A DNA stretch of 64,000 nucleotides, from positions 38,132,001 through 38,196,000 of the forward strand of contig CM052816.1 in the NCBI GenBank assembly GCA_028534125.1. Direction: 5' to 3'. Source of the DNA: Lama glama. Lineage: Eukaryota. The translations under genes and the position numbers were made by a program. This document shows positions 28,585-41,449 of the stretch, one piece after another (position 1 is the stretch's first letter; each line of letters opens with the position of its first letter). The notes beneath the pieces were generated by a model that had not been told where the DNA came from, did no database searches, and was given only the letters and a program-made list of their open reading frames with translations.

Positions 28585-29340
28585 CTTCTCTTTCCAAACA
28601 TCAATAAATATTCATGGAGGGCCAAACATGTGCCAAGGACTAGGAGGCACAGCTATGAAAAAGACATAATGTCTGATCTCAGAAAGATCAAAATTTAATG
28701 TAAAAATAAATAAGCCACTACAAAGCAAAAATATATACAACAATAATGCTGATATGTGAGGGATCCACAGAAAAAGGAGGAAGTAATTGTAACCGTGGAC
28801 TTGGCTAGGGGAATACTCACATAGAAGTGACATTTATGTATGTTGCAATAGAGGAATAGGGTTTTGTCGGGCTAGAAGTGGGGAGAGGAAATTCCTACTA
28901 ACTGGGTCAGCCAAAGCAATATGTAACAAACAATCTGACTGTTAGGAGGATTTGCTGTTCATAGTGCTAAAACTGGAAAAACATGCTGTGGCAAGATTCT
29001 GGGCAGCCTTAAAGTCCTTCCAGAGGAATATGGATGTTACATGAATATAGGGACTAGGAAGCAAACGCGGGTGTGTAAGAAAGGAACGCAACGTGATTCA
29101 GCACGTATCTTTCGTGGCATAATAGGTAAGAGGGAAAAGAAAAGCTAGAGACAATTATATAAATCAGGAAATTATTATAATTATCCAAGTGAAAGACACG
29201 ACAAAAATTCAAATAAGCCAGTGGCAGCACAGAGAATGGAAGGTAGTCGGAATTAGGAAGTAGATTTGATGGGATTTGGTGAGAGGTTGGGTGAGACAGG
29301 CAATGGAGACTCTAAGATTTAGCTCTTGTATGAAATGAGT
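28585..29340 (-). mobile_element. L2 fragment
   Basis: 'caaacatcaataaatattcatggagggccaaacatgtgccaaggactagg' followed by purine-rich, degraded L2-type body. Confidence 0.6.
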
Positions 29341-29929
29341 ATATCTTGATTCCTTAGAAGGAGATTTTGGCAGATGTGGGAAGAGATGAAGGCTAACTTC
29401 TGAATCTAGAAGAGAAGCTTCCAGAATCACATCAATTCATTACTCAGTATATGTGTACCACAAATTTAAATCAATATCCTTCAAAGAAAGAGAAGAATGA
29501 GCTATGATACAGGAAATCAATTAATTGGACATATCATAGATATTTTTCTTAAGTGTTCATAATTTTAGGCTTAATGTCTAGATCGCCTGAAAATTTTTAA
29601 ATAGTTCCAGTCATAGTTACTAGACCTATGTAGCTGACTAACAGATGTTAGTGCACCAGACTGTCAGTTCTGAACATAACTCAACAGAGTGGAACATTTA
29701 GGGCACAAGCTGGATTCTGTCCTTGAACAACTTATAAAACTTTACTAATGACTGAGAACAACATATGCCTACAAAATTTTAAGTCAATTTTAATTAACCA
29801 ATTGTTGAAGAAATACAAATTTAATTATGCAAAAAAGAAACCCCAAGTATCATCTGAATACTTACCATGCAATTTTATACCCAAGTAAGCATAATAGTAA
29901 TTGAGACTTTGAAATTTGTACTATAAAAG

Positions 29930-30140
29930 CCCTTTTACAAACATTATTTATTTTAAAATCATTTAACTAATCTCACATGAACTTGGCAGTACTCATACAA
30001 TTGCTGTTTTGTAGATAAGGAAACTGAAAATTAAAAATTTTACAGTCTCAGAAGGGTGACTCAGTTTTATCAAAAATCATACTGCTTTAAGTAATGGAGT
30101 CAGGACACAAACAAATTCTCTAACTCCAATCCACTCACTA
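29930..30140 (-). mobile_element. MIR SINE
   Basis: 'ttttgtagataaggaaactgaaaatt...taagtaatggagtcaggacacaaac'. Confidence 0.55.
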
Positions 30141-30589
30141 AGTCTGTAATAGCACCCTGAGGCAATTCAGAACAACGAATATTTGTTGAATTCCTATGTT
30201 AGTTCTTCTTGTAACACCTTTCAACAAGGGAATCTGGTAAGATTTCATGTAAATAATAAGACTACGAAAGACATTCCTGGCAGAAAACAAGAGAATAAAA
30301 GCAAGAAATAATGACCATGAAAAAAGAACAGGAAATATGGTTTAGATTTATGACACACATTTGTATTGATGAGAGACTCTAAATATAGTATGTGGTCATA
30401 CTGCAGAGAACATTGTAATTATCAGGTTAAGGTGTGACTAAATTAATAAAAAGTGGCAGAGTTTTTTTAATGTTTATGAAAATAAATAATATTTTCAATC
30501 AAAATCTTACATGGAACCCTAAAACAGAAGATATACTAAGTTAGAGACACCCCAAGGGCAGCTGGAGCGAGGGGGGAGAGTTTCATCTG

Positions 30590-31290
30590 CTTACTATGAC
30601 AAATGTTGACTATATTAAAATTAAAATTGTATGCCACAAAAGTCCCTAAAAAGTGAAAATGCTCTATTAATGTAAAGAATATAAAATATTTGCTGCAAAC
30701 ATGGTAAACATAAGGCTACTTATTTAACAAATAAACATGATATGAATTTATAAGAGAAAAAGAGCAATTACCAAAAGCATAAATGAATAAAAGCACATAA
30801 TGAGAATTTTTACACAAAACATACACTCGTGAAAAAGCATTCAAGATAATTAATGAAATTCAAAGAAGAGCCACGTTAAAATAAAATTTGCTTCATCAGA
30901 TGAAGAACTACTAAAAAATGTTAAGGTACAATAAGGATGTGGATAAATAAGCACTGGTATACACTGCAGGCAAGAGAGTAAATCTCTGACTTGACAGGGT
31001 AACTGGGTAATTACTTAAATTTAAAATGCATCTGTTTTTTTAACCTAGTAATTCTTCTTAAAATATTTATCACACGTGTATGTTTTTACTGATACAAAGT
31101 TACGTGTCTCAGTTTAGTAATTATATCATTGTTTACTATTGTAAAATCCTGCAGACAGCATACTAGACAGCATTACATTTTTGTGTAATTATGTACATCA
31201 AAACCATGAAATACAGGCTTGTCTTTAAAAAACTAATCAGTGCTTTATTTTGGAAAATTCTCAGTGATACACACAACGGAAAACAAAAAA
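30590..31290 (+). mobile_element. very old L1 (L1ME-like) ORF2 fragment
   Basis: 'gacaaatgttgactatattaaaattaaaa', 'aaggatgtggataaataagcactggtatacactgcaggcaagagagtaaa', 'taacctagtaattcttcttaaaatatttatc'. Confidence 0.6.
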
Positions 31291-34200
31291 GTAACCACTG
31301 TGCATCATACTCTGTTTGCTTGTGTACTTATCATTGTATGAAGAGCTGCTTATTGTAGTTGTATTTTAATACATTAGCTATCAGCACACATCGGATTTTT
31401 ATCAACTTATGTATTGTTACGAAGAAACAGTTTTAAATACATAAGTAGAAGTAGAACGAATAAGGCATAAAGAATACCAGCTGTTCCAAAGAAAGATAAA
31501 CAATAATTTAAATGCACGTTAACCTAGTTTAGAGTAAAACCAAAGAGAATATAGATCTTTACCCAGGCCTTATGATACAGATCAGAATCTAAAGATTTCC
31601 TCTACTAAAAGTTTCCAGAGCTGTGGGCAGGAGAGGTGGAGAAGAGGTAGCAAAGGAGGCAAGCAAGAACCACAAGAAGAAAGTTGAACATTTTTTTGGT
31701 TTGGTTGTTTAGTTTTTTGGTCCCAAATAGTGTTGATCTAAGAAATCACTGAATGTGGAAAAAGGCCAGGATTGTCATCTAGAACAGTTCATCATCTTAA
31801 ATAATACATAGATTTTAGCTTTGGGCCCTTGAAGTTTTCCCAGAAAGTACAACTGTAATAGTTTCTTTGCCTGTAAATTCACATATATTATGAAGTACTC
31901 TTCAGCCTGCCTAGGATGATTATTAAGAATTCCTTGTCTTCTAATAATCATTTCCATTCAGCAAGGACTTACTAATAACATCATACTTCAGTGAATACCT
32001 GAATGTGGCCTCAGACTGTCCAAGCTAGTAAGAAGCTAGGGAAATTCTTCCTCTCTCTTTAAAACATTATCTTCCCAAAGAAAGTCAGCCCAAGAAAGGA
32101 AGAAATTCATTCACATTATCTCTTTCTCTCTCACTCCTCACCCCGACTCCCCATCTCTCAGTTCTTTTCTGAAGTGGAGGTTCCCTATTACCCGCTCCCT
32201 GCTGCTATCCCTGGCTAGGTACACCAGGATACTTTCCATCCTTGATAGGATTCATAAAACAGCTTTGTGAATCAGGAAACTAATTTAGCTCTCCAGACCT
32301 TTTTCTGTTCTGAAGGCCACATGGTAAAAGGGAAAGACACAGCAAGGCTTTCTCTTGGTAAAGATAAGGAGACCTACCCTTTGTTGCATATACCAACTGA
32401 TATAAATCAGTCGCTGTATGTGAGATCACTTAATGAATATTAAAGCATTGGCCAGTGTAATATAGAACTATTTGGTTCAGTGGTAATAAGATTGGCTGCA
32501 ATGCACTGAGTGAGCACAGCCTTGTCTTAATCTGTTTACTCCCTTTTGCATTATTGTGCCCATATCAGGCCTTGGCTGTATTTTCCAATGGATATGACTT
32601 TTTGTCTTCGACTTTTCCAAACATCAGCTTCCTCTCCAGAAAACGCAATCTGTTCAGCAGCTAACTTGGGGAGATTCACTATTAATAAGGGGTGGTTAGA
32701 CCCTTCCAGGAGGCAATTATCACCGATAGTAGCTGAATTCTCTCAATTAAGGGCTAACCATTCACATTCATTTTTACAGTTACTTTACAATAGTTTTGGT
32801 GATCTTAAGTCTTGTAATGGCTTCATGTTAATCAAAAATGAGACTAAACATTTTGAGTCTCTGACAACTAGTTTCCATTTGGCATTCTTGTAAGTCAAGG
32901 GAGAGAAAAATGGAGATGTCTGATTTCAAATAATTGAAGAAACTTAATCTAGTATATGTTCCAGAAAGAAATAGGGTTAATAACTGACACCAACTCATTG
33001 AGTAGGTGCCAAGAATATCAGATACTGTTTTTTATTTAATTGTCATTTCCCCCCACTCTGATATATTCAAAATTGATCAATATTATCAAACTTAACCACA
33101 TTTAAACTTTCTTGCAAAGGTAATATCAAGGCAATTGAACTCCATTTTCCCCCAAGTACAAAAGTATAAAGGCAAAAAAAACCCAAAAAAACAAAAAACT
33201 CCACTTAGCACCATCGGGACTTAGCAAAGTAATTTTAAGATTTAAATTCATGCATCATTGTGCTGAAGAGTTCCCATGGATTACTAGCTGAGCTAATTCC
33301 CAGCATGAGAGAGCCAAGCCAGGAGAACTATCTAAGATTCTTTAGCTCAAAAAAGGGAGTGTGTTTATTTTTTAAGCCAGGAGGTTTGTCCCATAGCATG
33401 GTTTTACTCTACACTGTGTTTATTTTGGAACCAGACATGTGAATTTTCATAGAATATTCAAGAAAAATATCATATGAATCCAACTGATTCTGATAAGTTG
33501 ACATTCCATCTATTAACATGATAAAATAAGGATAAATTAGAAAAAAGAAAAGAAAAAAGAATGTTCAGCTAGAAAAAGAGAAGTCCCTAGATGTTAAAAA
33601 AGAAGAGAGAAAGCAAAACCAGAGTGTTCAGGGGAAGCTGGCTTTGAGGGCCAGCAAAGTTTTCAACTGAAAATTTCCTCTAAAGTTTGAGCCTAGTGTC
33701 TATCAGAGAACAAAAATTATGTTTAAAAATCTGCATATGTTAGGCACAAGCCTCCTTCATAAGCGCTTAACATTGAAACGTTTCCTAGCTTACAGAAAAT
33801 CCAGGGATACAACATTAAAGATTAGGCTCTTTGGACGTTTTGGAGGAAAAAGGAGCACTCAAGACAGAGAAAAATCTCAACCTTGTGTTCAGTGTGAGTG
33901 TATGGTCCACATTTATTCTACCTGCATGGTCCAGGAACTGAACTGTGAGATGCTAAATGCATATTAAAATCTCGGTACCATTAACACAGGAAGTTGACTG
34001 CTAAAAGATACAGATGAGAACCTATTCAGTAAAAATAAGCTTTCTAGGATTTTCTTCTTTTCTCATCAAGCATCAAGCCCTAGAGCCATGGCCCAAGTAT
34101 GTGTTCCCAAGTATTTCATTTGTACTTGATCCATCTCAGAGCTTCCTGTCTTTGGAAAGGGCTTGAAATCTCCTGGAATTTAAAATGAATAATTTTTGAA

Positions 34201-35204
34201 GTCTCTTATATCCTACCTGTATATGGTAACTGTATTCAGGTTACACATGAGAGAATTCACTCTGAGTACAATTAAGTACAAAGGAGGTAATAAGTATATA
34301 AGAAATCTTCATGAAGCTAAAGGGCAGAAGTATGACTGCCCTTTAGGAAAAAAATAGGTCTATTTATTTAAGTTTATAAGAAATTCAAGAAGTATCCTCT
34401 CTGTTCACTTGGCCACTTCTCTGTATCTCAGTTTTATTTACCTTTTTTCTGTGTACATTTTTCCCCCTCAAACCAGTCCATATCACAGAAAACCTAGCTA
34501 GTACAGAGTTTATACAATTTTATATTATTTCTATTAAAAAAGAAAAAACCAAGGCTGGGAGATTCTGGGTTCTTGGTAGTGTAAACATATTATAGTCCAT
34601 AACTCATACTGATTAAAAGTAAAACTATGGATAAAATACAAAACCAAAAATGACTAACGAAGGACTCTGAAAAGTAAATAAGACCTGTGGCCGACAATTA
34701 AACATTGTGGGAGTGAAACACAGAAGGGCAGAGAGTCCTGTGGTATCTAAATTCTTTTCTTCCTGTGGCTTTGCCCAGAGCGTAGTCGTAGTCACAGACT
34801 GTCATGAAACAAGAAGCCAAGGCAGATGAGACTTTGACAGAAACCTCATCTGTCTGGACACAGGGGAAATGGGGACCCTGTGGGCTACAGAATATTCACA
34901 GTCACAGAGGGGAGATAATTCAACAAAACACATCCTGTAATTCAGGTTATGAACCCTCCAGCCTTAACCACACATGCCCAGGAGAGACCAAAAACAAGGG
35001 AGCAAAAGCTAAGAGTTCTGAGTTCTTGCCTGAACCACTCCCACAAATCTCAGACTAACACCTGACAAAGGCATAAAGATTCCCAAGTATAGTCAAGAGG
35101 TAGCGGAAGAAACTGAGATTTGAACCAATACCTACAGAAGGTGAGCTACAGCTTAGCTTAAAGATGTTGACTGGTTTCAGTTTAAATTCACCGTCCAAAT
35201 AAAG

Positions 35205-35800
35205 TGTCACCAGGCCTTTCAAGGACAGACCCTACCATGTCCTCTGCCTGCCTCTTATCTGTAGAAAAACTTTAGCCTCTGAGGCCCTCCCCGAGTTTCA
35301 AAGAAAAAATGCATTCAGAGAAATTAGAAAATGCCGCGAGAAAGGAAAATAGTCAAGCAATACAAAATAGTAACAGTTTACCCAGTAAACAAAGTCAAGG
35401 ACCTTTAGTTCCTCCTCAAGGGCTATAGACAATATTCTGAGCCGCATCCTTTGAGCTGTTCTGCTAAAGTCTCACCAGGTGTTACAAGTTAATGAATGCT
35501 GCCCACAAACCCCAGGCCAGTGGGAACCAGATGAGAATGCTGACTCCCATTTACCTCTCTGCCCACTAGTGAGATGAACGGCCGTGAGCCGATCCCACCC
35601 GTGCCATCTCCTGGGCACACAGCCCCTTCCTCTCCCCGCTATTATCTCCCAGCAAAGCCTGGGAATTGGCTCTTTCAGGCTTGAGTCCACTTCCTCCCTA
35701 GGATTGCTGGCTCCCTCAATAAAGTTTTCCTTTTACCCAATAGTCATCTCTCAGTATTGGATTTTTGAGCAACGAACAGCCCAGCCTGAGTTCAGTAACA
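35205..35800 (+). mobile_element. solo ERV1-class LTR, 596 bp
   Basis: TGTCAC...GTAACA termini, perfect 4-bp TSD AAAG (35201-35204, 35801-35804), AATAAA at 35718-35723. Confidence 0.88.
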
Positions 35801-36015
35801 AAAGCTCCTGGTGATTCAGAGTAATCATACTATAATTTTTGTAATCCACTCACAGTCCCAAACACCTACTTTTTCTTCACAGTTTAGATCTCCAACACCT
35901 CCTCCCTCATCCTCAGTCACTTTATAACCTGGCTGCATAATTCGCTGAGAAAACTGATAAAACCAGGAGAGAAATTCCACAAGCTTCCAGAACAGAACTG
36001 CTTCCACAACCTACT

Positions 36016-36523
36016 TGTGGCACCTGGAAAGCCCATTAGCAATTCTCCGGAAATAAAAACAGATTCTAGGTAATAAAGTCTAACCTTGTTTTTCCTCCAC
36101 TCTGTGCTTCCTCCGGTTTCACTTGCTCATAGGGGGTCCCCTGCAGAGGCCTCGCACCCGCCGCTTCAAGCCAGAGACCCTGGTGCGCAATGGCTGCGCT
36201 GACCCGCAGCTCCGCCGGCAGCGCGCAGACAAGCCGCACCTGCACTTCCGTCCCCAGCGTGAACTGCGCAGCTGCGCCGAGAACTCCGCCCCCTCCCTCC
36301 CCCCTCCCTCCCCCGCAACAAGAACCCTATAAAGCAGCCACGCCGGAGGCCTTGCTGGGAACGTGTGTACTCCAGAGGGTGAGAGCTTCCTCCTCTCCGT
36401 CCTTTGATCTGAGAATAAAGATTTTCTTTGCTTCCTAACCAAACCCCATCATGTTCTATTTGATCTAAAGATACCGGGCAGAAGGACCCTTATTGGGGAC
36501 TGACTCCCGAGGGTAGGTTAACA
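36016..36523 (+). mobile_element. probable solo ERV LTR with CpG-rich U3
   Basis: TG...CA termini, candidate 5-bp TSD CTACT/CTTCT (1 mismatch), TATAAA 36328-36333 followed by AATAAA 36414-36419 in LTR order. Confidence 0.65.
36150..36400. promoter_or_regulatory. small CpG island / promoter-like element inside the LTR
   Basis: Densest CpG patch in the window. TGCGCA at 36184 and 36265, ETS-like CACTTCCG 36243-36250, GC box CTCCGCCC 36284-36291, TATA box, splice donor AGG|GTGAGA at 36379. Confidence 0.6.
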
Positions 36524-36589
36524 CTTCTATATAACGACATATGCTTTCCCCTCTCACCCATGACTGGGGAAAAACTGCTTGTCCATCTA

Positions 36590-38425
36590 AGCCGTTACCT
36601 CCCTCTGTGCACTAGGCTCCATCATCCTTATCAAGAAAATAATATGGCAATTCTCTCCTCTCATTCTTTCATCACACACTTTTCCCTCTCTTTTTTCTTT
36701 TCCACCAGCATACAACCAATCTTCCATTTCTTCCATCTTAAACAAACCCTTTCTGAACATTACCTTTCTCTTAACTCACTGTTCATTTCCCGTTTTTCCA
36801 TTGAAAACTAAATAAACTTTTAAAACGTTTATTAAATCTGCTGTCTAAAATTTTCTCTCCTTTCTTGAACCTACTTTAATCAGACTTTTTATATCATATC
36901 TTATTTCACACTGCAAAAATTGTTCTTACCAAGGTCACTGCAGATTTTCACATTGGTTCTCACGTGGTAAATTATACCCACTGAAGGAAGCATTTGACAG
37001 AGTTGGTCACGTTCTCTTCCTTAAAGCATTTTCTTCATTTGATATCCAGGATAAAAACACTTCATCTGGTTTTACTCCTACTTAACTGGATACTTCTCAA
37101 TCTCCCTTTTAGATTCTTCTTAGGTTCTCCTCAACTTCTGTCCTGGGATCCCTCCTTTTCTGTGTGTCTCTACTGGTGACCTTACCAGTCTCATGGATGT
37201 AATTTCACTGAGCATATGCTGAGGACGCCCAAATTTATTATTTCAATCTGAATCTTTCTCTGAACTTTCTCCTTGCATTTATCTCCCTAATTGGGATACA
37301 GAATTGAAAGTCTACTAAGCATCTCAAATTTAAAAACTCCAGAATGAACTCATGGTCTTCCTCCAACAAAACGTCTGTCCATGGTTGTCCTTATCTCCTT
37401 AAAATGTCAATCCATCTTTCTGGTTATACAGGAGAAGGACCTTGGAGTCTTCCCTGACTTCTTTCTCTGAAGCCCAATATGCAATCTGTTGTCAAAAATT
37501 AATTTTTTAAACACAATAACAGAGAATGTTAATAATAATTATTAATAATTCTTGCTGTACCCATAAGTACCAAGCTGGCTCATGTCACTTATGTCTCTTC
37601 TTTCAATAACTTTCTAATTTATTTTTTTCTACTCATGTGCTTATGTTAGGCAGTTAGATAGAGGTGAGCACTGGGCAGGGGGAATGGTGGGGGAGAGGAA
37701 CAACCCACAACACAAGGAACTTTAGCTGTCAGTCAACCAGAGCACAGGGAAACTGAGCTGTCAATCAATCAATAAATCATGAAACCAGGATATAAAAACA
37801 GGAAAAACAAAGGAACGGTGCCATTTTTCCTCTCTTGGATTGGCCCGCTCCCAATTCTCAGGAGTGTACTAGCTTTTACTATTTTTTTTTACTTCACTAA
37901 TAAAAATTTTGCTTATATCACGCTTTCTGTCATCAAAAATTCTTTTTTTTAGGGGGGGGTGACTAAGAACCGAGGTAGTTCTTATTTCCCTTTTCCCGGT
38001 AACACAGAGATCTTTCATACAAATCATAAAACAGCTACCAAAATTAGCCTGGTACAACATAAGTTGGGTCATAATACCCCTTTGATCACAAAATTTTAAT
38101 GACTTTCTATCTCACCCATGTTAAAACCCAGTCTTACCAATGGTCCACAAAGCTTTCTAAGATTTCTGACGTTATCTTCTACTGTTCTCCTTTCTCATTA
38201 CTCGCAATCACATTGACTTCCTTAATTGTTCTCATATATACTGGGCATATTTCTACATCATGGACTCATGGCTCACCCTCTCTGTGCATTCTTTTCTCTT
38301 CACTGTAGAATGTAAGCTTTGTAAGGGCAAGGGGTTTTGTTTGCTTCATTAATTGCTGTAATCTAGTATCTGGCATTGCCTGTTTCATAGTCAGCACTAA
38401 ATAAACAGTAGCTGAATGGGTGAGT
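36590..38425 (+). mobile_element. L2 LINE fragments (interrupted by LTR at 37644-38004)
   Basis: Pyrimidine-rich L2 body ('gcatttgacagagttggtcacgttctcttcc', 'catatgctgaggacgcccaaattt') ending 'tagaatgtaagctttgtaagggcaagggg...cactaaataaacagtagctgaatgggtgag'. Confidence 0.8.
37644..38004 (+). mobile_element. solo ERV LTR, ~361 bp
   Basis: TGTTAG...GTAACA termini, TATAAAA 37791, AATAAA 37899-37904; no clean TSD found. Confidence 0.75.
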
Positions 38426-41400
38426 CAACATTTTCTCTGATGATTTAATCACATGCACAGAGGAACACTAAACCCAGAATCGATGAGCCTCAGTCCACTT
38501 GCAAACACAATTTAAGTCACTTATTCTTTCTTGTTCTCAGTGTTCTCATGAATAGTGTTTTTCAGTTTGGTTTTGGTTTGTGAGTGTGTGTGCAACAGTT
38601 AAGAAAGAAATTATAAAACACCAAAAATGCATACAGTATTATACACAAGTAGGTTTATCATTATTTCATCCTGTGATTCCTAATTGATGTTAAATATAAA
38701 AATAATATTGCCATCATTACCCTGTATCTAAAAGTCTACCTAAAAAATGTGCTAGATCAATTATTCCATTTACTAAAATATGGGAAATTGAATCTCACAA
38801 CTGTTAAAACAACAACCCCAATGTCACAGAGTACTTACTGGAGTGCTTGAAGTAGTATTTATCAAATGTTATCCTTGGGCCATTTGGGTCAGATTTCCAT
38901 TTTTATAATGTATTCTCCCGAGTCCCATTCTAGACTGGTATTTGGAATCTCTGAGATTGAAGACAAGGGACACACACTTTGACCAAACACCTTGTGTCAC
39001 TCATATATATTCATGTTTAAGAAAAACTGGATTGTAGAAAAACAAAAGAAAACAAAATCAGCACTTCATGAGCAGCACGCCAGCACTTACGGATGCCAAT
39101 ATTGAAAGTGTTTGCATTTAAGGGAAACTAGGTATTATATTTTACCTGTAAATATTAAGTTTCCTATCAAGCCTAGAGCAGTATCTCTCTTTTTATTTTT
39201 ATTTTTATTTTTTATTTTTTTTTGGTCAGCCTGCTTAAAAAGGTAAGTTCACTTGACTTGGGTATCTATTTTTTTAAATGTGTATACCTCTAATTAGCAT
39301 TCTGTTTATAAATCATTGCTCAGGGAATTTAAACACAGCCACCAAAGTTTATAAGTAGAGTAAGACACCTCTATTACAGTACTTTAGCGACTCTTACCAG
39401 ACTTTGTATTATTTCCAGAAACTGCAGAAAGGCTTAAAATAATGCAAATGCCTCTTGTAGGGGCGCTTTGAGGAGTAGGCATGTGATGTCATTAAAGCAA
39501 CACGTATATGGTAATTTCTCTTACTAATATTTACAATTATTCTTTGCAAAATACACAATTTTAGAATAAGTATTATTATATTATACACACTTTCCTCTTG
39601 GAAATCAAGTCAAATGTAAAATCTTATTAAATAATGTCCCCAATGTTGAGGCACAGAAAAGAAAAACCAATGTAGTTTTTAAAATTGTGTTGTATAATTA
39701 CCAATAACAGAATGAACCAGAAGACAATCCTCTCGTGTCTAAAAGTAACAGCTGCATTGTAGACTTGCTAACTTAAACATAAGTTTAGAAAAGTGTTCCA
39801 TGGAGCACTAAAATTGTGAATTGGAATAGAATGTTTTATACTTATTTGATCTGTCATTCTCATGCTTTCTATTAAGTATTCAGTGTTCAAATTCAATTTC
39901 CATGGCTTTTATGCCTCTCAGAAATTCTGAAGGCTCTAACTTAAGGTTCATGAGACTCAGAGATTTTGAGATCTCCACAGAATTTTCACAGTAGACACAC
40001 AACTATTTTGGATAAAAACTAAAAACTTACAAGCAAATGAAAGCACACTGCCCTGTCAGATGAACAGGCGCTCCTAATACACCAGAAATGACACAGATAG
40101 TCTCTAATGCTGATCCGTGTATCATGGTAGACTACCTGCCTGTGCAACAATATTGCAAACACGGGAGCAGAGCAGAATGTTTAACTGTATTCTATCATCT
40201 ATCCTAAGATACAGAGTTGATATATTCATACTCGAAGTATCTTTGTGTCGTAATTATATAAAGCTAAAAATGGAAGGCCACCTAAAACAAAAAAATCAAC
40301 GAAGAAGCGAATTATTCTAAGACAGTGTGAAGAGGGAATCGTGTTGGCTCACTGGAGGGTGACCTGCATGCATCTGCAGTATTTTGATCATAAGAGAACA
40401 AGCAGGTGCAGAGCCAGTGAAAAGCTTTTGGAGCTGCCTCTCACAATTCCTATGGGAGAATGAAAGTTTACAGTGTTAGGAGAAAGTCTGACTGTATGAG
40501 GAGAAGAACTTAACCTACTGCTGTTTGACAGGGAATGAAGCAGCAGCTGAACCAACAGATACCGTCCAGACGTCCAGATACAGAAAGGAACTTCCCATGT
40601 CTGATTATAATCTACATCCTGGGGAAAATGGCTAATCTTGCCCTTTCCACGGGAATGCAGAAGAAAATCCTTTCACCAACAAAACTTGAAGTTGCAGTCA
40701 TGATCTAGAAGCTAGTATCAGGCTTGTTCCCTCAATATAAAGCAAAACCCTCCCAACAAAAACAGGAAATAACTATTTTTAAAACTGACAAAATATATAA
40801 AGGAACTCTTTGTAGGTGTTGAGCAATAACCAATTGAGAGCCACCATCTATGAGAGAAGGTAAACACAGAAGATGAGGCCAACATTCCTACAGCTTTCTT
40901 TCTGAAAGAACTGCCCAAATCACAGCATGGGGAAAGAGAGCCCAGGAAGAGAAAGGAGATCTCAAAGGGCAGAGGGGACAGAGATCGGGAACTGAAGTTG
41001 CACCTGAGGGCACAAAGTGCTGGAGAGGAGAAGGCCTCAGAGAGAGTTCCTGGCATCTTGCATGCCTTGCAGAATACAGCCATTTGGAGGCCAGGGAAAC
41101 ATGCAAAGATTTTAGAAGCAAGATAAAGCTGAGAGATGAAGTTTGCAATTCAAGCCCAGTCAGAATGGAGTGATCTTGGTGAACATCCTGGACCTTTAAC
41201 TGAAACTTCGGGAAGACCATGAAGTATGGGTAAAAAGCACCCAGGGAGTGGCACTTTCAACTTGGGGATAAAAGAGACCCTGAAATAAACTTGCCCTGAA
41301 AATATTAAATAAAGCCTTTAGAAGAAGGTAAGCTATGAGGAATTTTAAGTACATGACAGAAGACAATTTAACAATTTTTTGAAAAATAAAACATACCTAG

Positions 41401-41449
41401 GCTTCTATAATAAACAATACTTAAATCTAGAAAACAAAACCTACTCATC

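Noticed and set aside
36119..36442. Three overlapping ORFs in the CpG-rich patch
   Set aside because: Explained by GC richness (few stop codons) within a probable LTR; no recognisable protein or downstream exon chain
40000..41440. Purine-rich region that may be the 5' part of the old L1 at 43000-46260 (and similarly 34550-35200)
   Set aside because: Too degraded to assign by eye; needs RepeatMasker, so not listed as a feature
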